DNA of 64,000 nt from Octopus sinensis (Eukaryota): NCBI RefSeq assembly GCF_006345805.1, contig NC_043008.1, positions 21,576,001-21,640,000 of the forward strand, in the 5' to 3' direction. The notes under the pieces were generated by a model that saw only the letters and a program-made list of their open reading frames with translations, had not been told where the DNA came from and did no database searches. Numbering within the stretch: the first letter of the stretch is position 1; each line of letters starts with the position of its first letter. The translations under genes were made by a program, and so were the position numbers. Positions 1 to 12,694 of the stretch are shown one piece after another.

Positions 1-862
1 AGCTTTCAAACATACATCCGATCGGCTTTAAAAACTTTAATACCCACAACTGCCTCTGTAAGCACCCTTTTTTTTCTCCTCTCTAAAAACATCACGCTTT
101 TCTTTTGGTGGACTTGCAACCCTAAAAATTTCTATGAAAATCTGACTTTTCTTTGCTTCCTCCCAGAATATTCAAATACAAATTTAAACATATACTCTTT
201 ATTGACAAAAACACACCTGTTCTCTCTAACTGGACATACAAAACATCTATAGAGGTCAACTTCAACCTCCACAATATTACCTTGCACGAAATATACAAAC
301 ACTTTTTATTGCAATACACAAACGCACATGGAAAAAATAATGATGCTAAGATTCTCTCTGGTCGAACACAGCTTCTCTATTCACAAATAATACAGAACAG
401 CCTTCAAAATAAGTTAAGAAAATTTACCAAATTTACATATCTACAGTTTTCAATCATACATTCGACCAGCTTTAAAAACTTTGATACCCACAATTGTCCT
501 GTAAACATCCTTTGTTTTCTTTTTTTTCCTCTCTCTAAAAACATCACGCTTTTCTTTTTGTGGACTTACAAAACCCTAAAACTTTCTATGAAAATCTGAC
601 TTTTCTTTGCTTCTCCCTGAATATTCAAATATAAATATAAACATATACTTTTTATTGTATAAAACACACCTGTTCTTCTAACTGGACATACAAAACATCT
701 CTAGAAAAGTAACTTCAACCTCCACAATATTACCTTACAGGAAATATACAAACACTTTTTATTGCAATAACACAAACGCACGTGGAAAAAAAAATGATGA
801 TGCTAAGATTCTCTCTGGTCGAACACAACTTCTCTATTCACAAACAATACAGAACAGCCCTT
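1..862. repeat. Tandem repeat, ~444-bp unit, about 2 copies visible (array may continue left of the window)
   Basis: Pos 1 agctttcaaacatacatccgatcggctttaaaaact aligns to pos 445 agttttcaatcatacattcgaccagctttaaaaact; similarity continues to ~862 with scattered substitutions. Confidence 0.9.
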
Positions 863-954
863 CCTTAATTTTTCTTAAGCCTAATAGTAGTAAACATCTG
901 AACTTTTTTTGACCGATAGGACCCCACCTAAAAAAAAAAAAAAAAAATATCACT

Positions 955-1316
955 GATGGTGATGATGATAATAATGATAGTAATAGTGCTGATAATCTAT
1001 CTATCTATCTACACACACACACACTCAAAGAGTTCAACCAACACAAAGAAAGTATTATTTGACAGGCAAGAACTCTGGTGTGAAGACAGTCAGCCAGCCA
1101 ACCACCAAGCCAGCAACGAGACAGACAGACACTACTGTGATGGTGATAATGATAAAAACAAAAATAACAATAATAAGATACTGCTGTGACTACACATAAA
1201 ACAATATCATTGATGATGATGGTGGTGATGGTGATGATGATGATGATGATAATGATGGTGAATGGTGGTGATAATGATGATAGTGATGGTAATGGTGATG
1301 ATAATAACAATAATAA
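955..1316. repeat. Degenerate (GAT/GGT/AAT)n low-complexity tract with short (TATC)n and (AC)n
   Basis: Seen directly. Confidence 0.85.
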
Positions 1317-4300
1317 GCCGACTACGGCTGCTATAATGGTACGATTATAATTGTAACGGCAATGATGGCCGTCTCCCCACGAGCCAATCAAAGCTAAAAA
1401 ATGATAACATTATCGTAGCACCAAAATGTTTTTGGAAACTAAAAGGAAAACTAAATCAGTATACCAAATCGCTTGTCCTATGGTTAATCTGGAAGCGCGT
1501 CCCCCAGGGAAGAGCCAGCCTGGGATCGAAAAGTCATCAACTGGCACAAACTCTTCTCCGAATACGGACATGGATGGTCACTTGAACGGGAAATCCCCCA
1601 ACTCGAGCCCTCCAAGTTCACCACCACAACCACCACAGAAAGAAAAATGTAAGCGGAACAAATGGACCCGAGAAGAGTATAAAGAAGTAATATACGCTTA
1701 TTACTATGCATTAGGTAGGCCATCTCAAGAGAGACACACCGCAAACTCTTACAGTATATGGAGAACACGAATCAAGACAGTAGGCCCTATTTGGACGAGA
1801 ACAAATTAGCAAATGTGAGGAGGATACTTAGAAATAACAGACTCACAGACAGTGAAATAAGCGCGATCAAGCACGCAACGAAAAAGACATAATATAAGAC
1901 ACAAAGGAAATGAAGAATCAGATGAACAGTATAGCCCGCCACGAGGCTTAATTGAAAGACTGCCATCTGACCAAAGTACGCAAAGGCCTGAAGATACAAG
2001 AAATTCTATTGTACCTGTTAAAGATAGCCAGGAAAACGAAAAAACAACAGTAACTGAAGATCTCGCATTTGCTGAAGAACACAGAGAGTCTATGGCAGAA
2101 ATGAGGCAGAAAATCCTGAATACGCTTGAAGTTGTAAGACATATAAGTATGAATGATAGAGAAACACTTCATAAACTCTCAAATACAAACCAAAATAAAA
2201 ACAAATCCAAATTGGCAACTATGTAACAAATGAAATAATACGAGAATTAAAACCTGATTTTACTGAGTTAAATGAAATTATTTACGCTTCTGCTAGGGCA
2301 ATTGAAACCAGCTGTATGCCCCGAAAAAACAAAGAAAACCAACCTGGGAAGAAATCAAACCTGGAGAAGTAAAATTGAAAAAGAGATTGAATTATGAGAG
2401 GGGAAATATCAATATTAAATGAACTAATATGTGGAAATGATGTAAGATCCAGAACTGGAGAAAGATGAAAGAGAAGAGAAAATTTGGATCCTCACCAAGA
2501 GAAGAACTGATATCAATAAAAGAAACGCTGAAACAAAAGTCCAAGCAAAAGCCCAAAGAATACGAAGTTTGAGAAGAGAAACAAGTTTTATAAGCAAAAT
2601 AAGCTGTTCACATCCAATGCCAAAAAATTCTACAGAGAAATAGGGAAGGAGAAAGTAACCGTTAAAGACCCCCCTCCCATGGAGAAGTTCAAAACTTTTG
2701 GAAAAGGATTTGGAGTGACAAGAAGACGTACAACATAAATGCAGACTGGATTATACAAACTGAAGGATCCTACCAAAATTTTACAACAACAAGCATGGGA
2801 AGACATCACAATAGCAGACCTAAGAAAGGCACTCACGAAGGCCCATATTGGAAATCTCCCGTAAAGATAAGGTGCCGAATTTCTGGCTCGCATCGCTCCC
2901 ATGCGCACACGGTAAGCTAGTTCAGCTGCTCAATGGAATATGAGAGACCCAAAGAAAACACCTGATGGTTAGCAAGTGGCATTACTTACCTACTCCCAAA
3001 GAATAACGAAACCAACCTTCCAAAAAACTATCGGCCTATAACCTGTCTATCCACCACGTATAAAATCCTAACATCTATCCTGGCGGAGAAAACATATGCA
3101 TTCATGAGAAGAACGATATTTTCCCTTGAACAAAAAGGTTGCCGCCGAGGCTCTTACGGATGCAAAGATCAACTGCTAATCAATCGTATGATCCTTGAGA
3201 ACTGTCACAACAAGCGCAGAAATCTCAGCACCGCATGGATTGACTATAAAAAGGCCTTCGACAGTATACTCCAGCATCCATGGATCTTGAGATCGCTGGA
3301 CATCTTCAAAATTTCCCCTGTGATTTCAAACTTCCTGAAGCACATATGTCGTTGTGGAATACGAATCTCCAATTATACCACTCTAATGGAGTACTTGCCT
3401 CAGAAATATAACATCAACTGTGGAATTTTTCAAGGTGACTCACTTTCACCTTTAAATTCTGCATAGCCCTAATACCCCTTACAAGTGAATTAAACAGAAC
3501 GGGTATGGTATAAAATTGCCAATAAAAAATAAGCCATCTATTTTATATGGATGACTTAAAACTTTATGGAAAGACAATAATGAACTTGAAGGCCTATTGC
3601 GCACCGTGAAAGCATTCAGCGATGACATCGGATGGAGTTTGGACTTGAGAAGTTGCCAATGCCACTTTCCAGAAAGGGAAAGTGAAGACCACAAATTCAG
3701 TCGTGTTAGATGTTGACACAGTATAAGAGAGCTTGAGCAAGAACAAACATACAAATATTTAGGGATAAATGAAGGCTCTGGTATTCAGCATGCAAGCATG
3801 AAAGAGAAAATCAGGAAGGAATGTTATAGGAGAGTCGTGCAGTCCTGAAATCTGAACTAAATGCACGTAACAAGGTGTTAGCTATAAATTCCTTAGCAGT
3901 TCCAGTTGTTACTTATAGCTACAATGTGTTGAACTGGAATATGAGTGAAAAAGACTATAGATAGAAAAATACGCAAGCTGCTGAGTTGTAATAGGATGCA
4001 CCACCCAAAGGCAGACGTAGATCGCCTTTACCTTCCAGAGCCCAAGGAGGTCGAGGCTGATCCAATTTGAACTAGCTTACAAAACAACCACAATTGGACT
4101 GGCCAAATATCTCGAAATATCGAATGACTGGATGCTAAAGCTCGTGGAAAATCACGAGAGACGAAAGAAGCTTCATTCTATAATAAAGGAAAGCAAAAAA
4201 TTGCTACTGATCTCGTGCATTACCCAAACTGAACAACCCGAGGGAAGTACGGCAACTATTGTTGCAAAGAAGGTGAAAATGATGGCAATGAAAAACGCGC

Positions 4301-5253
4301 ACGAGCAATTGGCTGATAGGTGGGAGGAAAAACCTCTGCACGGCAAATATGTGACCCGCAGCAAACAAGCTGATGTTGACCAGAAGCAAACCCATCAGTG
4401 GCTACGGAGCTCAGGGCTAAAGGCAGAGAGCGAAGGTTTCATCCTGGCTGCTCAAGATCAAAGCCTATTAACCCGGAACTACCAGGCCAATGTGATGAAA
4501 AATGGAGCAGACCCAAAATGCCGATTCTGCAACGACATGATTGAAACAGTGGACCATCTAATCTCTGGATGTAAAGTCTTAGCACCAGTGGAGTATAAAT
4601 TAAGACATGACAGAGTTGGCCAATATCTCCACTGGCTAATTAGTCGGCATTACAATATCAAAACTGCCGACAAGTTGTATAATCACCACCCTGAGGCTGT
4701 AACTGAAGGAGAAAATGTAACCATTCTGTGGGACTTTCCAGTACATACAGACCGAACCATCACGGCCAATAAACCAGATATTGTTGTGAAAGACCAAAAC
4801 AATAAAGTTTGCTTATTGATCGACATGAGCATCCCCTGTGATCATAATATCTCAGCGAAAGAGTTTGACAAGCTCAGAAAATATAAATACCTACTCATTG
4901 AAATTGAGAAAATGTGGCATCTCAAGGCGGTTACAATACCAGTGATCGTAGGAGCACTAGGAATGATCAAGAAGGGAACCGAAAATTATATGAGAATGAT
5001 CCCTGGCTTACCATCCCTGCAAGAAGTGCAAAAGATTGTCTTAACTGGTACATCACACGTATTGAGAAGAGCATTGTCGATGTGAGAACTGTTGCTGCTC
5101 ATGTATTTTAATTTAACTTAAAAAAAAAAAAAATGAAGAACTACTGAGTTTGGTTTAATGGCCTACCAATGTATACTATGAGTTTCTTTGCCCTAGGAGT
5201 CGGGAAGACACCGGCAAGAAATGGAAGCAAATTTGAAAGAAGAAAAAAAAAAG
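1317..5253 (+). mobile_element. R4/Dong-clade non-LTR retrotransposon (RLE type), near full length
   Basis: N-terminal KWTREEY...YY motif, RT region (CKDQLLIN, WIDYKKAFDS, GIFQGDSLSPL, FYMDDLKL), C-terminal CCHC knuckle (CRFC..ETVDHLISGC), RHDRV and NKPDIVV..LIDMSIP..KE..K..KY; flanked by taataa at 5' and a TAA-type tail at 3'. Confidence 0.93.
1426..5085 (+). pseudogene. Single ORF of the R4/Dong element (RT + restriction-like endonuclease), frameshifted as assembled
   Basis: ORF-track pieces 1426-1809, 3104-3466 and 4132-5085 join into one polyprotein when 1-nt deletions are corrected by eye. Confidence 0.88.
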
Positions 5254-5904
5254 TAATAATAATAATGATAATAATAAAGATATAACGATGTTCTCATGAT
5301 TTTAACGATATATTAGAAAATACAGTAGCCATATGTCCAATTACCCCCCAAAATCAGTTATAGACATTCGTTGACATAAACATAGATAAGTAATATTCAA
5401 ATTATGACTAATTTTTCAATAATTATTTTCCATCAATTTTACTATTTACGTATTTTATTGGGGCATTAAAATTGAAAAATCTGAGACAATTCACTGTTTT
5501 CTATGATCTTGAGTTGTTATGATGACAGCCAGAAAGTGACACAAGAACACACAAACACACACAAACCCAAGTATGTATACCATATTCATATATATATATA
5601 TATATATAGCAACATATACGTACATAAATGTGAATATGCCTATAATATATATATATATCAGTCTATCACTATGTATTTATACAGTATATCAATATATATT
5701 TGCATATACATAATTACTTATATATTTATGTATAGTAACGTGGACTTTCATACAATCACTCTCATATGTGGCCATAAACTGAAAAGTTGGTCAGTTTTTA
5801 ACTACTTTTCGACAATTATATTGCAGCAATAAATTACACATGTTGAAATAACGAATATTTCTATTGAAAATAATCACACGTAATAATATCTCTATCTATC
5901 TATC

Positions 5905-6282
<378 letters not shown>

Positions 6283-6648
6283 GTATACCTCTGCTCAGTT
6301 TGAAATCTTTTGGAACTTCTCTACATAGATAATTGCACAGACAACAATACGTGCCAAGAAATGGACACCGATTCCTAAGCGCATATATATATGAAAGTAT
6401 ATTTCCATTAGAATTAAACTCCCTCTGTAATAAAAGTATTGCGGGTGATTGTGTATTACTTCGGGAAGGCAAGGCATGATTGCTCTTTGTAGATTTTTGC
6501 TTGTCAGTGAAAGTACTACTTCATTGATATTGATATTTTTCCGCGCCCAGTTTTTATTATTCTGTAGAAATATCCATCCGACATCTTTTAGCATCATTGT
6601 TAGTGCGTTTCTATTTTTCATTTTGTCCGTCCCTTTGACATGTACATA

Positions 6649-8272
6649 CAGTTGCGGCCAAAATGTTCAGAACGGCATTGTTTTCGTCAGAAAAGTAGGT
6701 ATAAGTTTTTATCAAAGTTGTTTTATTTTCTATAATTTTCACAGACAATAAATACGATATTAATTGTTAATTGTCTGAGATTTTGGTGTAAATTGAGAGG
6801 ATAATACAAAAGTTATGGATGATTTAGTGATTTACTACAAAACCCATGGCAACCAAAATGATCAGAACGGTTGCTTTTACTCCTTGTTTTAGTATATTTA
6901 ACCGGTGAACTCTAATGTTTTGAATTTGTTTACCTGACGTTTCGTTTACTAAACATTAGTAAGAGTATCTGCAGTGTACTTTGTTAATATAATGCCACTT
7001 ACTCCGTTACCAATTCGTCAGCAGATTATTAAGCTTCAAAAGAAGGATCATTTAAGAATTGGGTCTATTGCAAAGATTGTTAACAAGTGAAAAAGTGTTG
7101 TTCACGGTATTCTTAAGGTCTACGATGATTGTGGTTCGTGTGGAGCAAGGTCTACAGGTAGGCCAAGAAAAACGACCAAGAGAGAAGATCGTGCTATGAT
7201 AAAGATGGTTAAAAAGGACAGATTTAAAACTGCCGCTGCTGTTTCTCGGGAAATGAGCATTGTACTGAAGAAAACTTTATCGCGAAAAACTGTGTCTCGT
7301 CGTTTAGTTGAACATGACCTACAAGCAAGATCACCTGCAGTGAAGCCACTGATCAGCTCCAAGAATAAAAAGTGTCGTCTTATCTTTAACCGAACATGTG
7401 TTGTGGTCTCAAGAAAAATGGCAAACAGTGCATTTCAGTGATGAATCTAAGTTTATGTTATTTGGCTCAGATGGGAAAAGGTACGTTCGTAGAAAAGTAG
7501 GTGAACAATTGTCGCCTAAATGCCTTAAGACTAGTTTTAAATCGGTGAAGGAAGTGTCATAGTTTGGGGGATGATATCTGGAGATGGTGTGGGCCCTTTG
7601 GTGCGATTACATGGAAAGGTAAATGCAGGAGTTTATAAACAACTTGTAAAAGATCATGTCTTGCCTGTGCTGAGAAATTCAACTAAGCGATCACCCATAT
7701 TCATGCAGGACAATGCCCATGTCACAAGGCTAAAGTGGTCATGAACTTCCTCAAGGCTGAAAAGGTTATTGTTATGGATTGGCCTGCTCAAAGCCCAGAT
7801 CTTAATCCTATTGAAAATGTGTGGAATATTCTAGGAGAACGTTCGAAAGCCAGAAATCCTAAAACAACCGAGCAATTATGGAATACCCTTCAGGAAGAAT
7901 GGAATAAGATCACCCAGCAAGAAATTGGAAATTTATTTTCCTCATGCAGTCGAAGATGTCAAAGTGTGATTGAAGCTAAAGGGCTTCACACTAAATATTA
8001 AATAATTCCAGTATTCTCTGTCATTTTTGATTATTTTGTTATTTTTTTCAACCGTTCTGATCATTTTGGCCGCCATGGGTTTTGCAGTAAATCATTAAAT
8101 CATCCATGACTTTTGCATTATCCTCTCAAATTACACCAAAATCTCAGACAACAATAATTGATATCGTAGTTATTGTCTGTGAAAATTATAGAATATAACA
8201 CAACTTTGATAAAAACTTACATCTACTTTTCTGACGAAAACAATGCCGTTCAGAACATTTTGGCCGCAACTG
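6649..8272 (+). mobile_element. Tc1-family DNA transposon, 1624 bp, IR/DR type with ~225-bp TIRs and TA target duplication
   Basis: TA|CAGTTGCGGCCAAAATGTTCAGAACGG at 6647 and CCGTTCAGAACATTTTGGCCGCAACTG|TA ending 8274; inner direct repeats ccaaaatgatcagaacggttg at 6853-6873 and its reverse complement at 8049-8069. Confidence 0.95.
6992..8001 (+). pseudogene. Tc1 DD34E transposase, disrupted
   Basis: FSDESKF, WGMISGDGVGPL, FMQDNA and DWPAQSPDLNPIENVW motifs; stop and frameshifts present. Confidence 0.92.
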
Positions 8273-8611
8273 TATATTTTCTAATGTTTCTGTATTTTGT
8301 GTATACCTGTATTGTGTATTTTATGGTATCATTAATATAACGTTTAGTTTGCCGAGTAATGAGTTGATGTTTACTTTTTTATTCTCTGCTCATCTGACTA
8401 AACACAACAAGTTTTCGTATTTTAAAGCCGAAATATGTCTGAAAAATATTTGAACGAAGCTAGTGTTTGATTATTTCCGTCACTGCTCTAGGCTTATGCT
8501 TATAATAATAAACGAAATATCAAATTTCCTTCCTGAATCGTATCCTCACAAAATTACCAGCTGAATATACTGATGCAAACGAAATGCGATCTTTTTGCTT
8601 AAGAATATAAC

Positions 8612-8680
8612 GTTTGCTCGGGGTGGAATCGAAACCACAACCTTACGATCAAGAGTACAAAACCCTACCCACCAAACCAT
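8612..8680 (-). mobile_element. Isolated tRNA-like SINE head
   Basis: Reverse complement has A-box-like tggtttggtgg and B-box-like ggtttcgattcc, resembling the SINE heads at 43074 and 60420. Confidence 0.55.
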
Positions 8681-8822
8681 GTATGTGTGGATGTATGAAT
8701 GAATACACGCACACAGCTAAAATCACACACACACACACATGTATGTATGTATGTATGTATGTATGTATGTATGTATATATGTATGTATGTATGTATGTAC
8801 GTATGTATGTATGTATGTGTGT

Positions 8823-9306
8823 CTCTTGAATTTTTGATTATTAGAAATTTTCCACTGAGGAGGGAGTCGGTTTCCAACTAGGATACAAGGCTCCATCTTT
8901 GGGATGAAGTTAACACAGACAAATTCACATTCGGAACTTGAGGAAAGTCTTGCATATTTTTACTGTTCCGCTCACAGATTGCACTTGTAATATACGAATT
9001 AGGCGTTCAGTTTCTCTTTCCGAAAATCCTAGCTTATCCAGATTCTCCTTTAATCATATACTAACAAAGCCTAATGCTCCAATTATTATTGGTATGAATG
9101 AGTTCATAGTCTGGATATAGAAGCTGGATTTTCGAAGCAGTTGTCCATAGATATACTATTTTTCTTTGATTTTCGAAGAGATATTTATATCTGCAGGGCA
9201 GCTGACCTCTATGATGGTACATACCTTTTCCCCTCTGTCCCAAACAACAATATCCCCCCTGTTATGTTTACATTTGACAGTGGTTTTGATGGAAATGTTC
9301 TACCTC
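8823..9306 (-). mobile_element. 3' fragment of a second RLE-type LINE family, flanked by (CATA)n
   Basis: Minus translation HNRGDIVVWDRGEKVCTIIEVSCPADINISSKIKEK...FIPIIIGALG...NLDKLGFSE...SGTVKICKTFLKF fits the PD-(D/E)xK endonuclease pattern; (CATA)n on both sides. Confidence 0.82.
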
Positions 9307-9307
9307 T

Positions 9308-9494
9308 GTATGTATGTATGTATGTATGTATGTATGTATGTATGTATGTATGCATGTATGTATGTATGTATGTATGTATGTATGTATGTATGTATGCATG
9401 TATGTATGTATGTATACATGTGTATGTGTAAGTATGTATGTGTGTATGTATGCATGTGTATGTGTAAGTATGTATGTGTGTATGTATGTATGTA
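9308..9494. repeat. (TATG)n microsatellite
   Basis: Seen directly. Confidence 0.95.
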
Positions 9495-9495
9495 A

Positions 9496-9820
9496 AGCTG
9501 AACTCAAGAGTCATCTTCGTAGACATAAAGCGAGACAGATGAGTGACAACCTGGCCACTGGTGGTGGTGTTACACACCATACTAATCATATCTGTCGGCC
9601 ATGTGGAAGAGAGTGTAATTCGGCAGGAGGGCTTAAACGACATGCAAAGGTACATGAAGCCCAGTTACAACTACAGCCGGCTATTACCGGTTTAAGGTTT
9701 TAGTTGCCAATTCTGTACAAGACATTGTAGATCTTTAGCTGGGCTAAAAAGTCACAGCGCCAATAACAGTTAAGCTTCGTGCAATGGCCATACTCGATAA
9801 CGAGGGGGCAGCCATCATCA
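9496..9820 (+). mobile_element. 3' end of an RTE-like LINE with tandem C2H2 zinc fingers
   Basis: AELKSHLRRH; CRPCGRECNSAGGLKRHAKVH; CQFCTRHCRSLAGLKSH (after frameshift); ends in catcatcat running into (TATG)n. Confidence 0.65.
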
Positions 9821-9952
9821 TGTATGTATGTATGTATGTATGTATGTATGTATGTGAGTGAGAGTGTACATAAATACACCGATGCAATGTTTGTTTAAGA
9901 GGCATGAAGTATCTTTATCAAGCTGTAGCAAGTATTTGCAGTGAGATAATAA

Positions 9953-10040
9953 CTATTGACTGATAATGATCTTTTACATTGCTAGCGGCATTTCGATTTT
10001 TCTATTAACTGAGAAATATACGAACCTATTTTTGGCATGT
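9953..10040. repeat. Unclassified dispersed repeat, second copy at ~14460-14530
   Basis: Shared gactgataatgatct...tttttctattaact...gaacc.attt.tggcat. Confidence 0.5.
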
Positions 10041-10207
10041 GTGCAATTCTTGTGGCTGAAGCTGCAAATCATAAGCTTGTGCTAAAAAAAAACATTCTTC
10101 GATTTGCAGTTAATTAACAAGCAATGGTTATATTTACTACCGAGTCGTCTCTCTTCATACACACACATACACACATATGTAAGATATAATATATATATAT
10201 GTGTTTG

Positions 10208-10238
<31 letters not shown>

Positions 10239-10268
10239 GTAAGTATGTATTTGTGTACACAAACACAA

Positions 10269-10336
<68 letters not shown>

Positions 10337-10439
10337 CTTGCCCGGACTTGTGCCTGGGAGGGTAACTTTCTAGATGCAATCCCATGGTCAGTCATGACCG
10401 AATGGGGTCTCAGCAATATGTATGTATGTATAGATATAT

Positions 10440-10610
10440 AGGGAGAGTTTAAGAAAAAAAAACAAAAGACGAAGACAGGTGGTGTACAAAACAAACAGAT
10501 GTATTAGTATAACGCTCAGGAATAGAAAAAGTCTTTTACGTTTCGAGCCTACGCTCTTCTACAGAAGGGGACACAGAAAAAAACAAGGAGAGAAAAAAGA
10601 GAGAAAGAAA
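10440..10610 (-). mobile_element. Short Penelope-like/retrozyme-like element with hammerhead, ending at a TA-rich tract
   Basis: Same family as copies near 12240, 13740, 17058 and 42260; shared gacgaagacaggtgg...tacgtttcgagcctacgctcttc. Confidence 0.75.
10531..10568 (-). ncRNA. Minimal type-I hammerhead motif, A6U variant
   Basis: Minus strand CUGUAGA-A-GAGC(GUAG)GCUC-GAA-ACGU-A; helix I only 2 bp in this copy. Confidence 0.55.
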
Positions 10611-10648
10611 ATATATGTATATATGTGTGTGTGTGTGTGTTTGTGTGT

Positions 10649-10685
<37 letters not shown>

Positions 10686-10730
10686 ATATATTTATGCGCA
10701 GATGTTGGAAGACGCGCAAGTATATATGTA

Positions 10731-10946
10731 CGAGAGGGTTCTGAAAAAGTCCTTGGTTTTGGGTGAAAGAAAACCCAGGAGGATCAGTTTATTATAATTT
10801 TATTGAACATTTCCCCTTTCAGATACACACACTGATTGCAAAGATCCTTCTGTTTTTCTAAGTCTTGTAAAAGGACTCTGAAGTTTGGGCCTCCAACCAG
10901 GGCTTTCGCGGTACTCTTAAAGACAGGAACTTTTCAAGACCCCTTG
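10731..10946. mobile_element. Mariner-derived MITE, ~216 bp
   Basis: TA|cgagagggttctgaaaaagtccttggttt ... aaagacaggaacttttcaagaccccttg|TA imperfect TIRs. Confidence 0.65.
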
Positions 10947-11379
10947 TATGTATGTATAGGGGGGTATCTTGGAGGTCTTAACTTTGAGATTAAAACCGAC
11001 ATCCGCCGTAGAAGGGACCGATATTGCAGAGTACAAAAGCTCTCATCCTCTTATGGACTCAAAACACTCTATACAGCTTAGAGATCAATTTCCCTCCGTA
11101 TTCCAGTTCGTTGCCAAACGGCCTCAGGAACCTGCGCATCTTAGTTGTTGATGTGTTCAAAGAAAGCTTCATGAATTTTCTTTGAGATATCAAATGAATT
11201 CACAATAAGTCAGGAAACGGAATTACGAGCAGCATTGTCGAACTTCGTTATTCACTAAAACCAAGACGAAGGATATGATAATTCTTGAATGAAATAAATT
11301 TGCAATTATTTGCAATTTAGCGAATGACATTGTCCCTTCATGGCCACCCTCTAGCTGAAACAATTAAGTGAAACCAAAG

Positions 11380-11413
<34 letters not shown>

Positions 11414-11441
11414 AGGTGTGTGTGTGTGTATGTATGTATAG

Positions 11442-12053
11442 CAAAATAAGCAACAGGATATCCAGAGGTGATGCAAAATGATCTTTCAAGCGGCTACATT
11501 TAATTGAAAATTGCAATCATTACATTAAATTAAACGCTGAGCTCTCCTCATCTGCATAAATAAATAAATAGAATTAATTTAATCAGTCGGACACATTTGT
11601 ATAATTTTACTTAAACACTCTAAGAGGGTGAAGACCAAACCTCATTATAGTCAGTTCCGTTATACAACTTCAAAATAATATTGACAAGTTTTAGGACTAT
11701 ACTCACTATGTTTCTGTCATCCCCCTCATGTCTCCTTTCCTAACATACACGGCTCTATAGTCTTAGATTTTGATATACAAAGATTTGATGAACAAGATTA
11801 TAGATCAAAACCGACAAGCTAGAACCCTAACAAGTATCTTTTTCCTGATACCATAGTAGCTTCTAGGCAGAAGTGAAAATACCATGGACTTTATCTGTCT
11901 TCTTACCCTCTTAGAGGATTTAAGCAAAGTTATACAAATGTGTCCGACTGATGAAATTAATTCTGCATTTTAATTGATGTAATGATTGCAATTGTAATTA
12001 AATGGAGCCACTTGAAACTTGCATCACCTGAGGATATCCTGTTGCTTATTTTG
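11442..12053. mobile_element. Inverted-repeat element with ~150-190-bp arms, probably Penelope-derived
   Basis: Arms 11442-11635 and ~11900-12053 are reverse complements; terminal caaaataagcaaca shared with the 13190 palindrome; CUGAUGA at 11948-11954. Confidence 0.7.
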
Positions 12054-12147
12054 ATTAATTCGACTTATTTTGAAATTGTACGGATAATACCGCACTAATT
12101 TTGGTGCTTCAACTTAAGTACCAAATTAATCTGAATCTCAATTATTT

Positions 12148-12189
<42 letters not shown>

Positions 12190-12235
12190 CATGCATATCA
12201 ATAATATATGTGTGTATATAAATATGTACGCATAT

Positions 12236-12430
12236 AGGGGGAGAATTCACACAAAAAAACGATGAAGACAGGTAGTGTAGTAGACAACAAACAGATGTAA
12301 TAGTATAACGCTCGGGATGTGAAAGAGTCTTTAACGTTTCGAGCTTACGCTCCTCCACAGAAAGGAACACAGAAAGAAACAAGGAGAGAAAATAAAGAAT
12401 GTGTAGTGGGTAGCGATATCATAGCGTTGT
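12236..12430 (-). mobile_element. Short Penelope-like/retrozyme-like element with hammerhead
   Basis: Family of the 10440 copy. Confidence 0.75.
12329..12364 (-). ncRNA. Minimal type-I hammerhead motif, A6U variant
   Basis: CUUU-CUGUGGA-G-GAGC(GUAA)GCUC-GAA-ACGU-U-AAAG; helices I and II fully paired. Confidence 0.65.
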
Positions 12431-12434
12431 GTGT

Positions 12435-12521
12435 GTATCTATCTACCTACCCACCCACCAACCTACCTACCTACCTACCTACCTACCTACCTACCTACCT
12501 ACCAATCTATCTATCTATCTA

Positions 12522-12594
<73 letters not shown>

Positions 12595-12643
12595 ATCTAT
12601 CTATCTATCTATCCATATATATATATATATATATCTATATATA

Positions 12644-12690
<47 letters not shown>
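12435..12690. repeat. Compound microsatellite (TACC)n-(TATC)n-(TA)n
   Basis: Seen directly. Confidence 0.95.

Positions 12691-12694
<4 letters not shown>

Noticed and set aside
153-599. 148-aa ORF as a gene
   Set aside because: Lies inside the 444-bp tandem repeat, has no recognisable domain, and is not maintained in the second unit
1317-1425. HDV-like ribozyme in the R4 leader
   Set aside because: Several small hairpins and an AGCUAA word are present, but I could not form P1, P1.1, P2 and P3 in the required nested order
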